In this document: piece after piece, positions 61,801-64,000 of the stretch | How positions within the stretch are numbered: the first letter of the stretch is position 1 | Layout of the letters: the number at the start of each line of letters is the position of its first letter | Assembly: GCF_964355755.1 (NCBI RefSeq) | Contig: NC_092670.1 | Location: forward strand, 21,066,795 to 21,130,794 | DNA from: Antedon mediterranea | Lineage: Eukaryota; Animalia; Echinodermata | Direction of reading: 5' to 3' | DNA length: 64,000 bases | Program-made: the position numbers and the translations under genes | The notes under the pieces: generated by a model | Databases searched by the model: none | The model's input: only the letters and a program-made list of their open reading frames with translations | Told to the model about the DNA's origin: nothing

Positions 61801-63997
61801 AAAATTAGATATTCCGTTCTGAAAAAATTACAAAAATGACATGCTTAATATTAAAATATTAAATACCGTATAGACACTGATGTTGTGTTTTGTTGAATGT
61901 GTGGGAACTATAATACTGTTTGTTTGTTTCATTTAATTATTTTCCACACATTGAACAAAAGGAACAGAAATATAAACTATAAGAAAAGAAAAGAGAAGAC
62001 AATGTGTGAAAGGAGATCAAAATAACTAAAAATTACTTTAAGCATTGACCACCTGAACAGTAGGTCTCATTTTGTAACTAAAAGAAAAACAGTTGGAATA
62101 GGAATTTGTTTTCGTTTTATCATCAATGTACAACTTAAGAACAATCAAAATATCATATTGTACCCCTACTAAAACTTATATCTAAATTGTCAAAACACTA
62201 AAATTGACTATCACTACTATTTCTATTGATGTTTCTTCGTTCAAACCTCATAAATTCAATGATAACAGAGCGTCATTTGTGCATGCCTATATCACTATGC
62301 ACTTACCCTGCTCTGAACGGCGGTAAACCTGCAGACATTTGGTAAATAATTGCTCCCAGCGCCCATAAGTCAGAGCTAAAATATTACAAGAATAAAAGTT
62401 TAATCAAATTTAGTGGCAAGCAGACGGCATCAACAAAAGGTTAAAGATCACCATATTTGTTTGTTTTTATTTTATTCAGCCAAAATCAACAGCGATAATT
62501 ACCGCCACTAACAGGTTTGAAACAAACAAAGCCAGGACTGCTTAAAGCACCTTGACTGGTCAAAACATTGATCAAGGGCTTCTCTCGTCCAGTGCCCACC
62601 TTGACCAGAGGAAAGGCATGTGCCAATACCTCTGAGGAAGATACTAGATGCAGGGGCTGCCATAAGAGTCAGCAATGCTGATTTCAAATGCTTAACGGGA
62701 CCCCAGCTCCATATACAGCACCCGAAATTCCCAGATGATCTCCCACCTAAGCTCTAACCAGGTCCAACGTTGCTTAACTTTGGTGATCTGACGAGAACCG
62801 TGTTTCAACGTTGTAAAGCTGTATATGCATTGTTACTTACCATTTACTTGCAGACTTCTCTACTCTCTCCGTCCTATTTGTTGTAAGAAGTTCCGGTGAT
62901 ACATACTGTGCTGTTCCAACGAATGAATTTGCACGTACAATTCCTTAAAAAAAAGTCATTAAATATTATTAAATGAATAATTGTGATTTAGCAAATTTAT
63001 TTCTGAGAACCTCTGATGTGGTTGAATCTAGCCTTAGATTTCAGTAGCCAGTGGCGTAGCAGCTTTGAGCGCTTACTGGCTAAACCTAGGGCCCAGAGCT
63101 CAATGGGCCTCAGAGCATAAACAGTTTAATGCAACTACTCAGTGTTGGAGGGCCCGTTGGGAGTGCTTTTGCCCTGTGTGTTACGCCACTCTCTGTAGCG
63201 ACATCCCTTGTCTAAGAATTGTTCTGAACCGCAACATTTTCCCTCCATCATGTTTCATATCTTACCATCTGTGCTATCAGCCTCTAGAATTTTTGCTGAA
63301 CCAAAATCGGTAATTTGAATATGCCATTCTTCATTTAGTAAAATATTTTCTGGTTTTAAATCCCTAAAAAAAATCATGAAGCAATATTAATATTTATACA
63401 GAAAGCAAAAGAATGTATAGAAATTAAGGTTGCATGACACTGTACGTCTTGTAATGTAGAATGCATTAAAACAAACAGTATTTCTGCAGTAACTGCAGTA
63501 AAATACATTTTAGACATACCTATGAATTATTCCCAAGCTGTGCATATGTTCAAGTGCTAGTACAATTTCGGCCGCGTAAAACCTTGTTGTGATCTCGTCA
63601 AATGAGCCAACTTTATGTATGTACGGTAATAACTCTCCACGCTTTGCTAAACTTAAACCAAAATCTGTTAATCAGAAGTTAAGAAATATTCAACAAACAT
63701 GATGGCCTTATCTGCAACAAAATGAAGCTCGGTAAAATGCGGGTTGAATTCAAATTGTAATAATGACAAGATTATTTACTCATAATAATATTAATCATAT
63801 AATTTTTTTTCCCAACATTTTTACATTGGTGATATTTTCATCTTTATAGTTAAGGATACATAGCCTCTCTTTGTCTTGAAATGTGAAGTAAAGCTTAACA
63901 AAGAACGGATGATTCAAACGGGCCAGGACGTCACGTTCCCGCATAACATATTTCTGTTTGTTTTCTCGGATCATTTGCCGCTTCGTTAATATTTTAA
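58825..63997 (-). CDS. PDPK1: 3-phosphoinositide-dependent protein kinase 1 (kinase + PH domain); 5' end lies beyond the right edge
   Basis: [58 protein letters not shown], and the PH domain [21 protein letters not shown]...KGEIPWS...[22 protein letters not shown]. Exons approx. 63997-63860, 63664-63520, 63364-63267, 62944-62842, 62376-62307, 61818-61722, 61373-61204, 60943-60719, 59962-59808, 58920-58825. Confidence 0.97.
59038..59553. mobile_element. Tc1/mariner (pogo-like) MITE
   Basis: Ends AGTAGAACCTCCATTTTACGTAC / GTACGTAAAACACCGGGTCTACTG with flanking TA. Repeated CGTAAAATCAAGG subterminal motifs. Confidence 0.65.
60017..60325 (+). mobile_element. tRNA-derived SINE with V/Meta-like core and L2-type 3' end
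   Basis: A box TGGCACAGTGTG, B box GGTTCGAATCC, core TCCTTAGACAAGATACTTTAC...CTCCACCCAGGTGTATAAATGGG, and a 3' end CAGCGCTTAGAG...AGGCGCTATATAAAT followed by (TTA)n. Confidence 0.75.
62455..62826 (-). mobile_element. 5S rRNA-derived SINE (SINE3-type) or 5S pseudogene fused to a LINE tail
   Basis: 62826-62712 on the minus strand reads ACAACGTTGAAACACGGTTCTCGTCAGATCACCAAAGTTAAGCAACGTTGGACCTGGTTAGAGCTTAGGTGGGAGATCATCTGGGAAT..., a diverged near-full-length 5S. About 250 bp of body follow, ending TGGCTGAATAAAATAAAAACAAACAAA. Confidence 0.75.
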
Positions 63998-64000
63998 CTG

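Noticed and set aside
62786-62806. CTGACGAG motif as a hammerhead core
   Set aside because: It is part of the 5S rRNA-derived sequence on the opposite strand, and no GAAA or closing stems follow.

Overview
This is AT-rich, intron-containing eukaryotic DNA from an invertebrate animal; the SINE types and gene content are compatible with a marine deuterostome such as an echinoderm, but the taxon is not established. I reconstructed eight spliced genes by hand from GT-AG boundaries and protein motifs: Miro/RHOT (5' part, -), a QRICH2/C16orf96-like DUF4795 protein (-), NAT9 (+), ADAP/centaurin-alpha (-), a monoamine-oxidase-like flavoprotein (+), ARL6IP1 (-), KCTD5/2/17 (+) and PDPK1 (3' part, -). 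Six of them form three head-to-head pairs. Introns hold a 5'-truncated APE-RT LINE, tRNA- and 5S-derived SINEs, many MITE families, two Helentron/DINE-like elements flanking duplicated tRNA-Val pseudogenes, and several tandem repeats. The most notable unannotated signal is a structurally perfect type I hammerhead ribozyme (15000-15044, -), in sense orientation inside the largest intron of the QRICH2-like gene. A second, degenerate hammerhead core lies on the other side of the LINE. PDPK1 carries a U12-type intron. Most ORFs in the supplied track are exon fragments or noise.
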